The notes under the pieces were generated by a model, which was not told the DNA's origin, did not search any database, and saw nothing but the letters and a program-made list of their open reading frames with translations. 64,000 bases of DNA, from contig NW_005434543.1 of the NCBI RefSeq assembly GCF_000315625.1, forward strand, positions 125,963 to 189,962. Reading direction: 5' to 3'. A program made the position numbers and the translations under genes. Below, in pieces: positions 50,901-64,000 of this stretch. This DNA is from Guillardia theta CCMP2712 (taxonomy: Eukaryota; Protista; Cryptophyta). Each line of letters starts with the position of its first letter. The stretch's first letter is position 1.

Positions 50901-53900
50901 CTGCTCCTCCCGTCAGACCCTCTCCAGCCTCGCGCTGCCTCTCAGTGACCCTTTGCCGGTTCCCGACGGCTGTTCCCCGGGCCCGAAGACGTAGCCGGGT
51001 TTGTTGCGGACGTAGACGTAGAGCTCGTCGGCGTAGAGGAGGCCGCGGGAGACGAGGAGACACGAGGAGCTCGAGTTGAGGTACGTCTCGCAGGTGCTCA
51101 GGTACACCTCCCGTAACGGCTCACTCAACGGCGGGGCTCAGGACCAGCTCACCTGACGACCGAAGTAAGTGTCCGGGCTCTCGTCGATGGCGGAGATCTT
51201 CTCCGTGTGCCAGCAGTAGTACTGGATCAGGCTGGTCGCATGCACCGACACCCACGGCACCTCCCTTCCGTTGTACTCCACCTTGCCGCAGGTCTCAGCT
51301 GGGGTCACTGGGTACTCGTGGGGCCTCCCCGAGCTGAGAATCCCCTTCACTTGCCCCCACACATTGGAGCAGTTGAGAGGCGAGTAGGGGGCGCCGCATG
51401 CTGCCCCGCTCGTGGCGTACTGGCTTCCATTCATGCAGCACAGGTTCTGCTGGAAAAGGTACACTGACCCGTGGTTCCGGCTGTCGTACGACTGCCCTGC
51501 ACAAGGTGTCAGCCGTTCCTGGCGTCTCCTTGCCGCTACCGTAGGTGACTGAGCTCGTGTCCCCGATCGCTCCCACCGCGAGGATGTAGTCCTGAGCCAA
51601 CGTCACCCACCCCCTCCAGCAAGCCGGTCCAACTTCTTCGTTGGCGTCCCAGAACACGGACACCGAGGCCCCGAACTGTTGGTTGTCCCGGCAGCAGGTC
51701 CACAGCAGCACGTCGATGTTCTGCCCCCCGCATGTCGTCGTGCATTTGCCTGTGCCTGGACACTGAGGGTGCATGAGCTCAGGCACGTCCCTCCCGCTGC
51801 TGGGGAGACGCACCTGGGCATCGGACACGCAGCTGTTTCCCCCGTTGGATCCTCCCGAGCAGATCCCTCCCGCCAGGTTGCAGTCGCTGTCGCTCGTACA
51901 CATCACTGACCCGTCGGTCCCGCACACCCCCTGCACGCTGTTTCCGCACCATCGCCCCCCCAGGTGCTCGTACCCTACCACCCGTCAGGCCCTTCCCCCC
52001 TCCCTGCTCTCTCACCGAGCTCGTTGAACCCTCCCGTCGGTTGCGGCACAACCTCATTCACGTACATCCACTGCCGCCATGCCCGTCAGAACCCTGCTAC
52101 CCTCCCTCCCCCCCCCTCCTTTGCCCTCCCATCGCCAGCACCTTGTTGTCTCCGTAGTTGCGGTACAGGAAGACCTTCCCCGCGTTTTGCTCGAGGGACC
52201 AGAGGGTGCAGTAGGAGCCGTCCTGGCATCGGTTGACCTGGCAGTAGTCGCTCCCCGCACAGTCGGAGTCGCTCAGGCACTCGCTGCGCGATATGTTGCA
52301 CCTCCCGCACGTGCTGCCGTCGTAGCAGCGGCCTTGGCATCGGTTGTTGCCGTTACAGTGAGGACAACCCACGGCGATGTAGTCCTTGCTGATCGAGACG
52401 CTGATCCCAAACAACTGCGAGAGAAGCTCAGGGCAAGGAAGGGAGGGAGAGAGAGGAAGGGAGGGGAGAGAGATGGGGGGAGAGGAGGGAAAAGAGCGGG
52501 GAGGAAGGAGGCGGGGAGGAAGGGAGGGAGGGGAGGGGGCAAGAGGGAGGGGAGTGTAGGGGGAGGGATGTAGGGGGAGAGATGTAGGGGGAGGGTCTTC
52601 AACCTGATTGTTGTGCGTCATGTGAGTACTTTGGCTCATTCCGAGAGCCTTGTTGGTACATATGACGCAGGATGCCCCCGGGCAGTGCCCGTTCCCGTAG
52701 GCGTCAGTCTCTGATCCGCTAGAGCACGCCGAGGTGTTGGGACTTTGATTTCCTGCATGGTTTGAAGTGAGCATGAGGGAGGTACAGGAGTCAGGAGGAG
52801 GATGCTCGTCTCATCTCACGCATCAGCTCAGCTTCACCTGGTGTTGTCACAAACTTCGCGACTTGTCCCCACTGGTTGGTCCCCCCGAAGTCTTTCTGGA
52901 AGACATACACGGCCCCCCCGTTAGAGCAGTCTCCTGCTTCTCCTTCCCGCACTCCGAACACATAGTTCGTGCCGCATCGTCCCGGCACCGTCTGCTTCGG
53001 CGCTCCCACCACCAGCGTGTCTGTCTCACCGTCGAAGTCGATGGTTGCTCCGAACCTGTCCCCGTCCGACAAGTCGCTAGGCTGCAGCTTCACTCGCTGC
53101 CCCCAGAACTCACTCCCGCGAACGGTGAAAGGAACTGTGTATCTGCATGTGCCGTTGGACGGGCAGGGATCGCTCGACGTGCAGGCTTGCCCGTCCTCTG
53201 ATGAGTTTGTGCAGTCTGTGCAGAACCCTCTGTTGGTTTTGCAGATGAAGCCCTCGCTTTCGCAGTATGTGAACTCCTGATTCGAGTCAGGATAACCTGA
53301 TCCAACACACTCAGCGATCGATGTCTGCTTGACAGTCTTGCATGTTACCTCCATAAGTTCCAGTGTCTGCTGTGTCACTCCACCGGTAGTACGGAGACGT
53401 GACGTAATCCATCTCAAAGATGTAAACTGCTCCTTTCCCAGGAACGTTGCAATACCCTACATGATTGTCAATCCTTCTACATTGACTGCGATGAAATTGA
53501 ATGAAGAAACCTCCTGGGTTTGCCGCGCTATCTTGACATGTTGAATAATCTGCTCCCACAACCAAGTGATTCCCATGAAGAACCAATGTCCTTGAGCGTG
53601 AGGAGTCAAACTCATTCACATACATATCACATCCCTCTCTCTCTCTTCTCACCTGCCGAACCTGTCTCCGTAATGTGCATCGTCAGCAAGAACACGCCAT
53701 ATGCTACTCTGAACTTGTCCCCAACCATAGATCTGAGAGGGATTTGACGGAGCTGGGTCAGGTGTCCAAGTTGGAGTGTAAGGATTGGGAGGAGGCTGTA
53801 GAGGAGGAGGAGGAGGAGGAGGAGGAGGAGGCTCAAAGAGGATCTCTGACGTGAGAGGAGGGAGGAGGAGGAGGAAGAGGAGGGCAGCGGTAGCAACTGC

Positions 53901-53903
53901 CAT
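47947..53903 (-). CDS. Large secreted Cys-rich protein with dispersed FG-GAP (integrin-alpha-type) propeller repeats and discoidin-like and phage-tail-like inserts
   Basis: Signal peptide MAVATAALLFLLLLPP; DRFG-TLVLHGNHLVVGA, DRFGATIDFDGETDTLVVGAP, GAVYVF, FGISVSISKDYIAVG and FGASVSV; YRYYRLRV..IQEIQLF. Confidence 0.75.
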
Positions 53904-54130
53904 GGGCCTTATCTGTACGGATACGTTTTTACTCAATTAGCGGCAAGTTGAAGCTGTAAAACAAAAAAAGAACCGGAATTGCAGAGGGAAGAGTGAACGA
54001 AATAAATGGAGGGAAAGAGGAGAGGAGAGAGGAGAAGAGAGTTAGAAAATCTATTTTGTCAACACGATGCTCGTTAATTCTCTGGGGGAAGAGCAAGAGA
54101 AGCTAATAGCGACCTCATCAGGTCATGTAT

Positions 54131-57100
54131 TCACGATAGGCCTGAGGAAGAACAAGAGGAAGAGAAGCGATAATCTTATCTATCGCAGAACAGTACCCTG
54201 AGGCAGGTTCAAGCTGAAGATTACAACTGACCCCCCAATGGCGAGGTTCTCGTTGAAGGATCCAACGGCAAAGTCAGGCTACAGAGAAAATGTCAAACTA
54301 CGACAAGAGCATGAGAGGAGAGGAGAGGAGAGGAGAGGAGAGGAGAGGAGGGGAGGGGAGGGGAGGGGAGGGGAGGAGGAGGAGGAGGAGGAGGAGGAGG
54401 AGGAGGAGGAGGAGGAGAGGAGGAGGAGGAGGAGGAGGAGGAGGAGAGGAGGAGGAGGAGGAGGNNNNNNNNNNNNNNNNNNNNNNNNNNNNNNNNNNNN
54501 NNNNNNNNNNNNNNNNNNNNNNNNNNNNNNNNNNNNNNNNNNNNNNNNNNNNNNNNNNNNNNNNTCCCATACACAAAATGCAAATATAAAAATAAAAAAA
54601 AATATAAAAATAAGAAAAAAAAATATGGCACGGAAAACCGCTAAGTTACAACGGGTCGCTTCATCCCCCGAGACTCGTATATATGACTTTTTTATATCTC
54701 AATTGACTAGCTCATTCCCCAGACCTTCATGCCCTACTTGTTGTTGTGGAGAGGAGAGGAGAGGAGAGGAGAGGAGGAGAGATGAGGGGAGGAGAGGAGA
54801 GGAGAGACGAGGGGGTGAAGAGAGGAAGGGAGGGAAGGAGAGGAAGGGAGGGGGGTGGAGGCGATTGAACCAGGCTGTTGTTGTTCAGGTCAAGCGGGGA
54901 GGTGCTCAAGGATCGGATGAGGTTGTTGCCAGAAGGAACTGTCACATCAGTTTCGAGCTTGACTAAGGCCTGCCAAAATTTAGTATCTGCTCAAGGAGGA
55001 GGTGAGGAGAGGAGCAGAGCCAGTACGAGCAGGAGCAAGAGGAGAGACGAGGAGGAGGAGAAGGAGAAGGAGGAGGAGAGACGAGGAGGAGGAGGAGGAG
55101 GAGGAGAGGGTGCAGGTACTTGAGCGCTTCCGTCGCGATTGAGCTTCACGACGTATAAGCTGCCTGCCGAACTTGAGCGACTGGCGACGACGAGATCGGT
55201 CACTCCGTCCCCGTTGATGTCTCCGACTTGCGTCATAGCGATGCCAAGGCCGAGCATGTCGGGAAAGGCCGAGGAGAGCGAGGACGCGGCGAGCTTGACC
55301 TCTTCCAACCGGTAGGATGTGCCATTGTTGTCAAGGAAGACGGCAAACAGCTTCCCAGCTCCCTTCGACGCCCCCACGCAAAAGTCAGGGACGTTGTTGG
55401 TGTCTAACCTGCCGAGAGGAGCGAGCGGGAGCCCAACAGCAGTGTCGCTGAGGAAGGCATCACTCTTAATCTCGAGGAACTTCACGATGGATGTCAGACT
55501 CTCGTCAAGGCACAGGACGTAGACGATCCCTGGCTGAGTAGTTCGGCAGGCAGAGACAGCGATGTCGGGGACACCATCGCCGTTCACGTCCCCGATGACA
55601 GCTATGGCGCATCCGAACTGCATGAATTCTCCACTCAAGCTCGCGATCCCGTCCGTCTTGAGCTCTACTGCTCGCTCCTCCTTGAGCGAGGACGTCAGGG
55701 TGACCACCCACACGCTCCCCGAGTTGAGGAACTGACTGTCCCGGAAAGGAGAACCAACGAGGAGGCGCTGGGCTCCGGCAGCTGTCTTGGTGTAGGAGGC
55801 GACAGAGAAGCCGAAGCCGTCACCCCTTGCAGGAGGAGAGGAGGAGGAGGAGCCGTTGATGCGGGAGAGCAGGTTGGATGTTCCCTTGGCATCGAAGATG
55901 TACACGGCTCCGAGGTTCCAGCTTCCTTCTCCCTTGTCCAGGTACGCGCCCACCGCCAGCTTCCCGTCCGCCAGCCACGTCGATGAGATGCCCAGCGCGC
56001 TGTCACTGGGGACGAGGGGAGGGACATCGAGGGGGAGGAGGGAGGAGGCTGAGGGGTCTGCGATGGCGTTGCACAAGCTCATGATGCCGACCTGCACGCA
56101 CTTGAGGTCCCTGCAGGTGCCGGGGGACTGGACGAGGCAGCCGGAGAGGAACTGCTGGAGGCCGCAGGAGGCGACGGGGCAGGGGGAGCATTCCTCCTGG
56201 TTCCACACCCCATTCCTGTAGGGCGTGTACTTGCCGTTGGGGCACGTGAGGCAGGAGCCTGCGCTGCTCCCCCCGCACCCGTCTCGGAAAGCGCCGGGGG
56301 AGCAGGTGAGGTTGACGCAGGGGAGGCAGCTGAAGGTGTCCCCCAGCGAGTAGTGGCCAGCGGGACAGACATCGCAGCTGCCTCGTGACGACAGTTGGCA
56401 GCCCACTAGCTGCTGTCCAGCTGGACAATTGAGCTGAGAGCCGCAAAGGGAGCACTCAGTCCGGTACTTTGTGTCCTCTGCGTAGGTGCCTGGAGGGCAG
56501 GGAGTGCATGCTCCACGGGAGACTCCGCCGCATCCCTCCAGGAACTTCCCAGCTTCGCACCTGAGGGTCGAGCAGGCGGTGCAGCTGGTCCGGCCGGCCG
56601 CCACGTCGGAAGCGAAGAAGTTGACGTCGCACGGGGAGCATGAGCCCGGCGACCTGTCTCGGCACCCCACAAGGAATGTTCCCGCGGGACAGACCATGTC
56701 GCACGCGCTGCACGTCATGTTGGCGTTCATGTAGAAGGAGGCGGCGCAGAAGCAGGAGAAGGAGTTGGTGCTCGCGTCGATGACTTTCTCCGAGTTGGGA
56801 GGGCAGGGGATTTCACTGCAGCTGCTCGCGCCGGCGTCTGACTGCTTACCTACAGGACAGGACGTGCAAGCCGAGGAGGAAGCGCTGGAGTACGACCCTG
56901 CAGGGCATTCTGTCTTGCGCCCCAGGGAGCAGAAGGTACCGGCTTGGCACGTGATGCAGGTGGAGGACAGCAGAGACTGGAACGTCCCAGCGTTGCAGAA
57001 GCAGTCTGAGAGGACGATGCTGTTGGGGCTGCTGGTCTTGCCGGGGGGGCAGGCGGTAAGGGAGCTGTTCCCCGGACAGAAGTAACCGATGCCACAAGCC

Positions 57101-58131
57101 AGGCAGGTGCTTCCGGCCATCCCGTAGTAGCCAGGCAAGCACGTGCAGTCCGTTAGCTTGCTCGCTCCTGTTCCGCTCTGCGAGTTGGCAGGGCAAGGGC
57201 GGGCGGTGTTGTCAGCAGCAGGGCAGTAGAAGCCGTTGGGGCACGTGCGACACTCTCCGTCCTTGCTGTAGAAGCCCTCGACGCAGAGGCAGGCGTCCCT
57301 TGAGACTGCTCCTGCTGGCGCCACCGCATGAGGAGGGCACGACCAGTCCGAGGGGGGAGGAGGAGGAGCGATGGGAGCGAGACTCGCGCCCTCCGCGCCC
57401 GAGTTCATCACCTGGATGGTGACAGTCTTGCCCATGAGGTCGGAAAAGGTTGAAGAGCCTTGCTGGGAGGAGAGGAAGGCCAGGATGCGGTTCATGATGG
57501 TCAAGAGATCTGCTTGCCGTGACATTGCCCCGCCCTCCCCCGTCCTCCTCGACGAGCCTCCGCTGTTGACAGTGAGCAGAGCTGTGACGTACACCGACGC
57601 TCTCCTCGCACTCTCCTTCACGTCCACCACCGACACGTTCTGAGGAGGGAAGTCGGAGGCGATGGAGTTGGCGATCGCAGCTCGAACTCGAGAGCAGTGA
57701 GACTCCAAGTCATCCCGGCTGACTCCCTCCAGCTTCACCATCATGCGCAGGCTCCCTCGGAAGCTTCCGCAGTCCTCCTTCACCACCTGCTTGCCCGACA
57801 GCGTGCTCGACCCGAAGCGAAGGGCGAGGAGCACGACAGCAGCCACGAGGCCCAGGAGCGCGAGCATGGAGCAGATGCGGCAGGTCCAGGAGTAGGGCAC
57901 ATGGAGGGGCTTCCACTCCTTGGACGCGTTCGGGCAGTCAGGGCTGCAGGCATAGGGAGAGCAATGAGGACAGGTATTGGCGCGATGAGGCGCGTCCGCT
58001 GCTGGCTGCTGTCTGAGTGCGGCTGGGATGTACCTCGGCCCTCGCTCCTCCTCCTCATCATCTTGATCGCTCTGACCGGGTTTGAGAGGCTGCGACACGA
58101 CAAGCACGCCCTGTACCACCCCGTCCTTCAT
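54131..58131 (-). CDS. Type II membrane protein: TM helix, SEA-like segment, GCC2/GCC3 (ephrin-receptor-like) Cys repeats and a C-terminal FG-GAP beta-propeller
   Basis: TM MLALLGLVAAVVLLALRF; many C..CP.G.Y units; FGFSVAS..LLVGSP, GDVNGDGVPDIAV, GDINGDGVTDLVV; last exons LDLNNNSL-PDFAVGS. Confidence 0.82.
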
Positions 58132-58210
58132 GACTTCATGCCATCAGTAAGTGAGCAAGAAGTTCCAAGTGCGGGAAGATTAGTGTCCGCCTCGCTTCTC
58201 CCTCCTCTCC

Positions 58211-58397
<187 letters not shown>

Positions 58398-58593
58398 CCG
58401 TACACCGACTACGCTCTTGCCATTGAGGAGTCAAGGCAGAGTCAAGGTCAATCGATCTGCGAGGGGATGAGGGCTTCAATTAACCACATCCCTCCTCATA
58501 CCAGTTCGCGAGGACCCACATCCCCATATTGTCCAGGGTCACAACAAAATTCAAATCCGATTTTTGGCGGGCAAACCTGTGACCCCCCTCGCC

Positions 58594-59840
58594 ATGGACA
58601 AGCCGAAGGTGCGGAATACCGAAACATGCCAATCATGCCAAAGAAGAAGGAAGAAGGCCAGTGTTCGAAGGTGGCAAGGTGTGCCTGTTTGCACAACTTG
58701 TATAAATTTATTCAAAACCCAAAAGGATGAGTGTGGTTCTAAGCGGATTTTACTCTCGAAGTGGGATGATACCTTGGTTTTCAAGCTGTTGGATTTCTTG
58801 CAATGTCAAGATCATGCAACTTTGTGTTTGGAGTGTGAAGACAACAATCTTCTCACTTCAGCGACCCAGCATCTGAAGTTAAGTCTTCGTTCTATATCCT
58901 TATTTGAAGTGCAAAAGAAGCTAAAAGTCCTTGGAGATGTTTACGGACATACATCAGAAGGGTTTGCGAAATGCTTTCTCTACTATTACACGAAGGTTTT
59001 CGAAACACAAGCATCTGGAAATCCACATGCAGGAACCACTGCTATTTATGAGCATTTAAATCGACTTCGTACACAGCTTGATAACATGCACAGAAAGCAT
59101 CGAACTCTTTTTTCCCGAATCGAAAAGTGGTCTACCTCACATTTCGAAGATTTGAATTCATTACAATCCACGATTCACGATTACTTTTTGCGGTAAGTCT
59201 GTGATGTGATGTTGCTTTCTTTCCCTCTCTGTAGTGTGATCATTCTGCAGATATGCAAAATTGTCGGAGGAGCATGTTGATCCATATCCCCCAAAGAAGC
59301 ACACCAAGGCAGACTCCGAGCTGTTCATTCAGACAGTTTGTGAAACGTTCAGAACCCTTGATGGCAACACCCGATGTGAAATCATCCGAAGGATTCTGAG
59401 TGAGCACGACTCTCTGTATCAAGCACAACAAAACACCAGAGCATGAGTTCTCTGCGATGTGCAATGTCGAAAGAGCAGTTTCAAACTCACATGCTTGTGG
59501 ATTGCCAGATGTAGTTTCTGAATTGGTGATGTTTGCCAGTAATGATATCGACGCTTTCAAAACAACACACAAAATCATGCCGTACTTGGTAATGGATTGG
59601 TGTCGTCAAAGTTTTAGAGCGAAAGATTCGAGGGGCATGAGATTCTCCCCGGAGATTATGAGTTTCGCATCAACACTCAAAAACCTTGGCAATGCGACAA
59701 TGTTGCGGTTCCTGTCAGGGCCAGGGAACAAGTTTTCAGACAATTTCCATTCTGATCAGGCTTTAGATAACTTGCCTCTGCCATGCATCTCTACTCTTTG
59801 CAAGCATCAAAGTATTGACATGAAAAAATGCGTCTGGTGG
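58594..59840 (+). pseudogene. Truncated, frameshifted gene with an N-terminal C4 zinc finger and a P-element/THAP9-like transposase pre-catalytic motif
   Basis: CQSC..CTTC; GT-AG intron 59193-59250; frameshift near 59440; RGMRFSPEIMSFASTL..LRFLSGPG..NLPLPCISTL; ends before any DDE core. Confidence 0.45.
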
Positions 59841-60289
59841 CGTGCCATGAAACAAACAGGGAGGGAGGGAGGCGAGGGAGGGAGAGGAGTTGAGGAGCCC
59901 TGTCGCGGTACTTGCCAGCGGGGCAGGCCGTGCAGGCACCGTAACCAAGCCTCTCATACCCAACGTTGCAGAACAGCACATCAACCAAATTGACTCGGTC
60001 AAGCTTCAAGCATCCGCCGAAGGCTACGTCTTGATCACCTCTGTATGATGATAGGAACATGTTGTATACAAGAGCAGGATGCTCAATTTTACTACAATGC
60101 ACATAATTATAGAGCATTGCTGCGCACTTTCTTTGCTTGTCGACAATTCTTTTTCATTTCTTTGTTGGTTCTGATACGTTTTCCTTCCTTCTTCCACGTT
60201 GATCTCTTCGCTTCTTCCGTTTGGGGCACTGATCATATCTTCCTTTACCCCAGAATGGTTGAGTTTTAATTCCAATCTCAATGATCATC

Positions 60290-62110
60290 AGCACTTTCGT
60301 TTGACAGGCTCAAGCTCCAGATCAACCCCTGCTTGCTTATGAACACATTCTTCGTCTCTTTTCATCGTCTGATTATCATCAAATGCATCAATCTGAAATG
60401 AAAAGGATCTCCAGCCTTCACCTTTGAGATGCAATACAAGCCACTCAGTCTTGCATTGAATTCCAGTATTCTTGATGATTCCTTTCAGATTGTTCTCTCT
60501 TTCAGATTGTTCTCTGTCACATCGATTGATATCTCCGGAACCATGCACACATTAACATCCAGATCCTGCTTCAACAGTTTAGAGAGCACCTCTGACAACT
60601 GTTCAGGAATGAGTGCAGAATCTCAATTCTTGTACTCCGCTCCTCCCATCAATGATTTCTGGCTTGCAGAGGTTGGTCCTGTAAAGGTACCGTCCCTTTT
60701 CTGTCTGTCCTGGCTACGGATGTAGTAGCCCATGAACGGCGAAGCTGCGTCTCTCCGCTCACTCCATCGTACAGGAGCTAAGTTGGATACGCAGGATTTG
60801 AGGATTCGCATGAAGCATTTCTTGTTTCTGACAGAAGCAAGAATCTCACCTACACTTGGCTGGTCTTCTTGCATGCCGCAGTGATAAGCGATATTCTTCA
60901 GAAGGTCCTCAGAGGGAGACCAGCTGCTGATCATTAGGACAGCTGCACCAAACGACTCTAACTCGTTCGCATCTCGCTTGTACGCATCCACATTAATGGG
61001 ATTACTCCAAACTGCCTTCTGCTTGTGGATGCTCTGCAAGACCTGAAGCGCTGATCTTTGGCCGAAAGGCCGTCCTGCCCCAGCACAAACAGCCAGGGTG
61101 ATGGGATCTTGCACAGCAGGTGGGAAAGACGCGGTCAGTTCTGGCAGAGGAGTGTCATGGATTCTCAGTTCCACCTCGTTTTCTAATCTAGTCATTTCAG
61201 ACATAGATTCTTTACTGCCCCGCCGTGGCAAATTGCTGACCCACACATTCAGCTGAGCAAACCCCTTGGAGATGTGCAACTGAGAGACAGCTTCATGCGC
61301 GGGAATCTGAAACATGCAGTAGATAGATTCGTCCTTCAGGCTCCTTTTGTCGCGCTTTACCCTAAGCAGGACCGCTCTGGAGATGTTTCGAATCAAACTG
61401 GATGGATTTTTGATTTCGGGGATTCGACTCAAACTAGTCAAGAAAAGCGAACAGAGCCATGGGTTGACGTTGTCCAACAGTTGAGAGACGCGACTGTACT
61501 CGGAGCTTCTTGAAATCTTATCGATATTCCTGACCAAAGTGTTCGTCCCCAACATAATGCAGTGAATGTTTGCGTTTGTCAACAACTTCTTGACGAGCAC
61601 CAGCTTGGCGATCGCTGCGAAGTCCTGCTCAGGAGGAATGGTCTCATCCATCAGTAGTCGTCTCCTTCCACAAGTAGCCAAGAGCTCCCAACAAACACCA
61701 CTTCCTTTCACCTTCTTTCAAATCAAAATCTAATACTCCAAGAAGTTCAGTACTCAATGTAAGAGTTGTAGACCGAATCAACGAGATAAGGTCGCAGTTC
61801 ATGGCCAAGCCCATCAAGTTTGTGATGCTTGAGACGTTTTGGTACAAGTTCTGCTTGTTTTCTTTCTTCGAAGGGTTGGAGAGAAAATAAATACTCTGGT
61901 CTGAGTTTCGCACAAAGAAATCAGCAGCACTCAACGACTTCCCACTGCCAGAACAAGCTTCAATCACGCACAAGTGAGTGGTAGCTGTGACGTCATTCGC
62001 ATCCTGTACCAGTGTGTTGATTGGGCTCAATATGCTGAAAAGCCTGCTCGCCCCCCGCTGATGATGCCAAGCTTGTTTGCCGGGCAAGAAATCTGGCAAG
62101 GTATCGCCTC
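60290..62110 (-). pseudogene. Crinkler (CR)-type P-loop NTPase plus restriction-endonuclease-fold pseudogene, intronless
   Basis: Walker A-like ACSGSGKS, Walker B LLMDE, IMLGTNT and C-terminal RDG...AEYKN; frameshift near 61670 and in-frame stops after 60623. Confidence 0.6.
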
Positions 62111-62329
62111 AAGGACGAGATGACCTCATGCATGTCGACTTGGTTGGCAAGGTCTTGAATAGCTAGCAATCAACTGGTCAAAAGTAATCGGAACTAATGC
62201 TCAGACTTACCCGTAAAGAAATTTTCTGTCCAGCTGTACATTCGATGTGTTTTGAGAGCATACAGGCTGAAGGAAGAAGCAGACGAGGCAGGGGAGGAGG
62301 GGAAGGGGAGGAGACCCTGACTTGCGCGC

Positions 62330-64000
<1,671 letters not shown>

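Noticed and set aside
53929-54131. Fusion of the two FG-GAP genes
   Set aside because: The upstream gene has a plausible stop at 54131 and the downstream gene has its own signal peptide.

Overview
Eukaryotic nuclear DNA: gene-dense, intron-rich and GC-rich, with many microsatellites and seven N-gaps. The style (short purine/pyrimidine-skewed introns, a plastid-type bipartite leader, MGDG synthase) suggests an alga with a secondary plastid, probably a cryptophyte like Guillardia (inference only). Recognisable genes are condensin CAP-G, MGDG synthase, an intronless CLK/LAMMER-type kinase, CEP76, cysteine synthase, an LRR-ARM protein, an ARM-repeat protein, a TPR/IQ/kinase-like protein, a PAS protein and two large FG-GAP/Cys-rich surface proteins. 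A decayed island at 58.5-62.1 kb holds a transposase-like fragment and a Crinkler-type NTPase-nuclease pseudogene. The most unusual region is 24.6-31.7 kb: a self-nested cluster of a CRE-like non-LTR retrotransposon (RT plus restriction-like endonuclease). Its RT has YADN instead of YADD and its fixed 3' end is TAAATCCTAT, also found as 12-25 nt micro-insertions inside the element. Its last copy dissolves through dense short GC-rich insertions into the CCGG/GGCC-scrambled sequence that marks most divergent-promoter intergenic regions here. Two of those regions share an identical 42-bp core. Exon boundaries were read by eye and are approximate.
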